Shown in pieces: positions 59,625 through 64,000 of a DNA stretch of 64,000 nucleotides; within the stretch, counting starts at the first letter, position 1, and every line of letters begins with the position of its first letter. The translations under genes and the position numbers were made by a program. The notes below the pieces were generated by a model. The model had not been told where the DNA came from. It searched no databases and saw nothing but the letters and a program-made list of their open reading frames with translations. The stretch lies in assembly GCA_965223845.1 (NCBI GenBank), contig CBDCXR010000004.1, positions 5,504,001-5,568,000 of the forward strand. Direction: 5' to 3'. This DNA is from Planctomycetota bacterium. GTDB lineage: Bacteria; Planctomycetota; UBA8108; SXIK01.

Positions 59625-61919
59625 ATGGCCCTCGCCGACGTCCTCCAATCCCTGCGCCGCGACCCCGACCTCGACGGCGAGTTCGTCCTCTGGCGCGACG
59701 AGCCCGCGCGAGGTCCCCTCTACGGACGCTTCGCGGACGACACGCCGGCGCCCCTCATCGAGGGGCTCCGCCGCCGCGGAATCGATCAGCTCTACACTCA
59801 CCAGGTCGAAGCTCTCGACGCCGCGGCTGAGGGGAAGAACTTCGTCGTCGTCACACCGACGGCGTCCGGAAAGTCGCTCTGCTACAACCTCCCGGTCCTG
59901 CGGTCGATCATCGCCGACCCGGAGTCTCGAGCGCTCTATCTCTTTCCGACGAAGGCGCTCTCCCAGGACCAAATGGTCGAGCTGAAATCGCTCATCGGAG
60001 AAGTCGGCGCTGACGTCCGCACGTTCACCTACGACGGTGACACGCCCGGCGACGTGCGGCGGCGGATCCGCCAGGCGGGGCACGTCGTGATCACGAATCC
60101 CGACATGCTCCACACGAGCATCCTCCCTCACCACACGAAGTGGCTGAAGCTCTTCGAAAACCTCGAGTACATCGTGATCGACGAGCTCCATCAGTACCGA
60201 GGAGTCTTCGGTAGCCACGTCGCAAACGTGCTGCGGCGCCTCCGACGCATCACGCGCTTCTACGGATCGAATCCGAAGTTCATCCTCTGCTCGGCCACCA
60301 TCGCAAATCCGCGCGAGCTCGCCGAGCACCTCGTCGAAGCGCCGGTTCATCTCATCGACCAGAGCGGAGCGCCGCGCGCGCGGAAGATCTGCGCCGTGTA
60401 CAATCCGCCGGTCGTCCACGAGCAGCTCGGCCTCCGCCAGGGCGTTGTGGAAGCGACTCGTCGCGTCGCGAGCAAGCTGCTTCAGGCGGGCGTCCAGACG
60501 ATCGTCTTCGCGCCGTCGCGCGTTCGGGTCGAGCTCCTGCTCCGCTACCTTCGCGAGGCGGTTCCGAGTCGCCTCGGCGAGCCGCCGAACGTTTACGGCT
60601 ACCGCGGCGGCTACCTTCCACTCGAGCGCCGCGAAATCGAGCGCGGCCTCCGAGCGCGCGAGATCCTCGGCGTCGTCAGCACGAACGCGCTCGAGCTCGG
60701 CATCGATGTGGGGAGCCTCGAAGCGGCAGTCCTCACCGGCTACCCTGGGAGCCTTTCGAGCGCATGGCAGCAGATCGGCCGCGCCGGCCGCCGGGACGGC
60801 GTTTCACTCGCCGTCGTCGTCGCCTCCTCGTCACCGCTCAACCAGTACGTCGCAACGCATCCCGACTACCTCTTCGAACGGTCGCCCGAGGCCGGTCGCA
60901 TCGATCCGGACAACCTGCTCATCCGCATCAGCCACCTGAAGTGCGCGGCTTTCGAGCTCCCATTTCGACCCGACGAAAAGTTCGGCCCCGATCTCCCCGA
61001 GCTCCTCGAGACGCTCGCCGAGGAGCAGATTCTCGTTCGTGCCGGAGATGAGTACTACTGGATGGCGGATGCGTTCCCCGCCGAAGCGGTGAGTCTTCGC
61101 TCCGCGGCGATCGACAACTTCGTCATCGTCGAGAACGATGGCCCGCGAACGCGAGTCATCGGAGAAGTCGATCGGCCAGCCGCTCCGCTCCTCATTCACG
61201 ACGAGGCGATCTACATGCACGGCGCCGTGCAATTTCACGTCGATCGTCTCGACTGGGAGGAGAAGAAGGCGTACGTCCATCGCGTCGACGTCGACTACTA
61301 CACGGACGCCAATCTCGCGGTGAAGCTCGAAGTGATCGAGGACTTCGCCGACGCGGAGATGCTCGGTTGCACCGCCTACCACGGCGAAGTGGCGATCCGC
61401 GACGTCGCGACGATCTTCAAGAAGCTGAAGCTGCGAACGAACGAGAACATCGGCTGGGGAAAGATCCAGCTCCCCGAGGAGAATCACCACACGACCGCGT
61501 ACTGGTTCTCGCTCGAAGACGAATTCATCGCCGCGGAGGAAGACGGCGCGCACTCCCCTCGGCGCGCCGAGCTTCAAAACGGACTCCGCGGCATCGGCCA
61601 TCTCCTTCGCCACCTCGCGCCGATCTTTCTCCTCTGCGATCCGCGCGATCTGCAATCGGTGGTGCAGATCCGCTCGACGTTTACGAAGCGGCCGACTCTG
61701 TTTCTCTACGAAATCCAGCCGGGCGGTGTCGGCATGGCGCCGCGCCTCTTCGATATTCACGAGCGCCTCCTCGGCGCGGCACTCGATCTCGCGCGCGGCT
61801 GCGGGTGCCCCGACGGCTGCCCCGGTTGCGTGGGTCCGTCCTTCGACGGTCATGCGGCGAAGCACGCGTCGATCGAGCTCCTGTCGAAACTCACGGGCGT
61901 CGCCGATCCGGCGCGATGA
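59625..61919 (+). CDS. mrfA: DEAD/DEAH helicase with C-terminal DUF1998 (MrfA/YprA/SftH/Hrq1 family)
   Basis: LYTHQ, TPTASGKSLCY, PTKALSQDQ, TNPDMLH, DELHQYRGVFGS, SATIAN, TNALELGID, QIGRAGR, and CGCPDGCPGC. Confidence 0.92.
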   Translation: MALADVLQSLRRDPDLDGEFVLWRDEPARGPLYGRFADDTPAPLIEGLRRRGIDQLYTHQVEALDAAAEGKNFVVVTPTASGKSLCYNLPVLRSIIADPESRALYLFPTKALSQDQMVELKSLIGEVGADVRTFTYDGDTPGDVRRRIRQAGHVVITNPDMLHTSILPHHTKWLKLFENLEYIVIDELHQYRGVFGSHVANVLRRLRRITRFYGSNPKFILCSATIANPRELAEHLVEAPVHLIDQSGAPRARKICAVYNPPVVHEQLGLRQGVVEATRRVASKLLQAGVQTIVFAPSRVRVELLLRYLREAVPSRLGEPPNVYGYRGGYLPLERREIERGLRAREILGVVSTNALELGIDVGSLEAAVLTGYPGSLSSAWQQIGRAGRRDGVSLAVVVASSSPLNQYVATHPDYLFERSPEAGRIDPDNLLIRISHLKCAAFELPFRPDEKFGPDLPELLETLAEEQILVRAGDEYYWMADAFPAEAVSLRSAAIDNFVIVENDGPRTRVIGEVDRPAAPLLIHDEAIYMHGAVQFHVDRLDWEEKKAYVHRVDVDYYTDANLAVKLEVIEDFADAEMLGCTAYHGEVAIRDVATIFKKLKLRTNENIGWGKIQLPEENHHTTAYWFSLEDEFIAAEEDGAHSPRRAELQNGLRGIGHLLRHLAPIFLLCDPRDLQSVVQIRSTFTKRPTLFLYEIQPGGVGMAPRLFDIHERLLGAALDLARGCGCPDGCPGCVGPSFDGHAAKHASIELLSKLTGVADPAR

Positions 61920-62028
61920 TCCCGCGGGATGCGTGCTCGCCGTTGCCGCGGTAGAATCTCCGCCGGCCGTCGTGGTCGCGTCTCGGCGATGAGGTTCAGT
62001 TTCCCGGTACTAGTTCGCACCAAAGACG

Positions 62029-63324
62029 ATGCCGAGTGATGCGAATCCGAAACGATCGCTCCGGGACCGCCTGCGCCACGCCGCACGTGTCCACTCCGAA
62101 GCGACCCGTGCACGCGAGTCCGAATCGCCCGCGGGCGGCGCTCCCTCGGGCAACGCGTCGAGTCTCGACGCCGGCCCGCCGCGCGAGGCGCTCGCCAAGA
62201 TCCTCGGCGGCGAATGGCGCGAGACGGACGCGGGGCCGGTCTTCGTTCGCGAAGTGTGGTTTCCGCTGGCGCACCGTCACGGGAGGGCTCGCCTGAGCGA
62301 GGTCACGGAGCTCTCCGACGAGGAGCTCGGCACCGCACTCGGCGAGAGCGCGGTCCCGCCCGTCGAGTCGCTCGGCTTCTTCGACCTCGAGACGACGGGG
62401 CTCTCGGGCGGAACGGGGACCTACTTCTTTCTCGCCGGACTCGGTTCGTTCGCGCAGCGTAGCGGCGAGCTCTCGTTTCGCCTCCGCCAGTACTTCCTCG
62501 CCGATCTCACCCACGAGCGAGCTCTGCTCGCGCTTCTTCGACGTGATCTGAACGCCTGCTCGGCCGTGGTCACCTACAACGGCCGCGGATTCGATCTTCC
62601 GCTCGTCGAGACGCGCATGCTCCTCGCTCGCGAGGAGATCCCGGCCGCGCGCGAGCGCAACTTCGATCTCATCTATCCCGTGCGACGACTCTACCGTCAC
62701 CGTCTTCCGACGTGCCGACTCGCCGATGCCGAACGCGAGTTGCTCGCCGTCGCGCGCGGAGAGGACGTCCCGGGCTGGAAAGCGCCCGCGATCTACTTCG
62801 ACTACCTCCGCGCGGGGCGCATCGCACCGCTTCGCGGCGTGCTCGCGCACAACGCCGACGATGTTCTTTCGACGACGCTGCTCCTCGCGCACCTTGCGAG
62901 TCTCTTCCGTTCGGAGGAATTGGCTCCGCCGGACACCGCTTCGGTAGCGCGCTGGTGGGAGTACCGCTCGGAGCCCGAGCGCGCTCGAACACTCTACGCG
63001 TCCGCCCTCCCGCGCCTCGAAGGAAGCGATGATTGGTTTTGGGCGGCCGAACGTCACGCGTTCCTCTGTAAGCGCGCCGGCGAGCGGGACGAAGCCGCTC
63101 GTCTCTGGCGCCGCCTCTGGTCCCGCGGGAATCGGCGCGCGGGCCTCGAGCTCGCGAAGCACCTCGAGCACCACGCGCGAGATCTCGCCGCCGCAGAAGA
63201 CGTGACGCGGCGACTCTCGGACGGCGCGCCGCGCAACGAGCGAGACGCGCTCGCGCATCGCCTGCGCCGACTCGAGCGAAAGCAGCTCGCTCGGCCCGCC
63301 GATGCGGACGGGTCTCGCGCGTGA
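62029..63324 (+). CDS. mrfB: YprB/MrfB-like DEDD exonuclease (RNase_H_2) with a TPR-like tail
   Basis: FFDLETTGLSGGTG, VTYNGRGFDLP, HNADDV, ELAKHLEH. Lies downstream of the mrfA-like gene. Confidence 0.88.
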   Translation: MPSDANPKRSLRDRLRHAARVHSEATRARESESPAGGAPSGNASSLDAGPPREALAKILGGEWRETDAGPVFVREVWFPLAHRHGRARLSEVTELSDEELGTALGESAVPPVESLGFFDLETTGLSGGTGTYFFLAGLGSFAQRSGELSFRLRQYFLADLTHERALLALLRRDLNACSAVVTYNGRGFDLPLVETRMLLAREEIPAARERNFDLIYPVRRLYRHRLPTCRLADAERELLAVARGEDVPGWKAPAIYFDYLRAGRIAPLRGVLAHNADDVLSTTLLLAHLASLFRSEELAPPDTASVARWWEYRSEPERARTLYASALPRLEGSDDWFWAAERHAFLCKRAGERDEAARLWRRLWSRGNRRAGLELAKHLEHHARDLAAAEDVTRRLSDGAPRNERDALAHRLRRLERKQLARPADADGSRA

Positions 63325-63496
63325 TCCGGGACGTCGCTCCGAGCCCGCAGCGCGTGCTCGAGCGGCCGTTTTGCCGAGATTCGCCTCGGGCTCGGAGTTA
63401 GACTGGGAACGATCTCTGGGTAGGGAGTATCGTCCGCCGGCGTTCTGTCCGGCCGGCGACGACGTCAGTACGTCTTATTTTCGGGAGGGTGATACG

Positions 63497-64000
63497 GTGC
63501 GAAGCGTCACACGGATCGCAGCACTCGTCGCCGTCGTTTCGGCGTCGGGTGGCGTGTTCGCTCAAGACTTCCCCGAAGGTCAGGAGGGAGAGCTCTACTA
63601 CGCTCCTCGTCTCGATCTCGTCGAAGGGGGAGCGCTCTCGATCGAGCTCGACGGCGAACTATCGGAGGACTACTGGACGAACGCGCATTGGCAGGGGTTC
63701 TCCCACATCCTCGGGACGGCGCCGACCGACAAGAACGACGCCGATTTCATCTGGGCGGCGGCCGCGGACCAGGAGTTCCTCTACGTCGCCTGGAGAGTTC
63801 TCGACGACGTCATGAACGTAGGCCAGCAGCCGGGCTGCGACGTCTGGCGCGACGATTCGATCGAGATCTACATCGACGCGAAGAACAACGGCCCGGACTG
63901 CACCGAGGGAGACTCCAGCTGCTACGAGCCCGACGACGCACAGCTCACGATCGGACTCGATCAATTCGAGGTCGAGGACCCGGAGTTGCTCCTGATCGGC
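63497..64000 (+). CDS. 5' part of a secreted CBM9/DOMON-like sugar-binding protein, running off the window edge
   Basis: RBS GGGAGG and GTG 63497. MRSVTRIAALVAVVSASGGVFA-QD...LDGELSE..W...DQEFLYVAWRVLDD...WRDDSIEIYID. Confidence 0.75.
   Translation, partial: MRSVTRIAALVAVVSASGGVFAQDFPEGQEGELYYAPRLDLVEGGALSIELDGELSEDYWTNAHWQGFSHILGTAPTDKNDADFIWAAAADQEFLYVAWRVLDDVMNVGQQPGCDVWRDDSIEIYIDAKNNGPDCTEGDSSCYEPDDAQLTIGLDQFEVEDPELLLIG

Noticed and set aside
59625-61919. DISARM/Druantia-type defence system based on DUF1998
   Set aside because: DUF1998 is fused to an Hrq1/MrfA-type helicase and paired with a YprB-like gene. No methylase or other defence genes are nearby.

Overview
This is a high-GC bacterial window, most consistent with a Planctomycetota genome. 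The supporting signs are a planctomycete cytochrome-c protein start, a C-terminal dockerin-like module, a PQQ-like propeller, a sulfatase and a HEAT-vWA protein. In order, it holds: a GntR regulator with a perfect 20-bp operator; a ~1430-aa SdrD-B-repeat surface protein with an exact 720-bp tandem duplication; a small accessory patch (gluconolactonase remnants, then a secreted Cys-His-Asp protein with a coupled lipoprotein); an ECF sigma/anti-sigma/STN triad; an 11-gene type II secretion operon (gspE-F-G-H-I-J-K-L-M-C-D); folA and thyA; three AIM24 genes; a GT9 fused to a degenerate ArnT-like domain; XPB-like helicase plus DUF790; a hybrid histidine kinase; a sulfatase-SGNH fusion; several hydrolases and oxidoreductases; and an MrfAB-like helicase/exonuclease pair. 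The strongest unexplained signal is at 34602-34843: two tandem units of a bipartite promoter-like motif, a C-rich seed and a terminator hairpin, which look like sibling ~55-nt small RNAs. No tRNA, rRNA, CRISPR array or transposase was recognised. All calls come from reading motifs by eye; no database searches were run.
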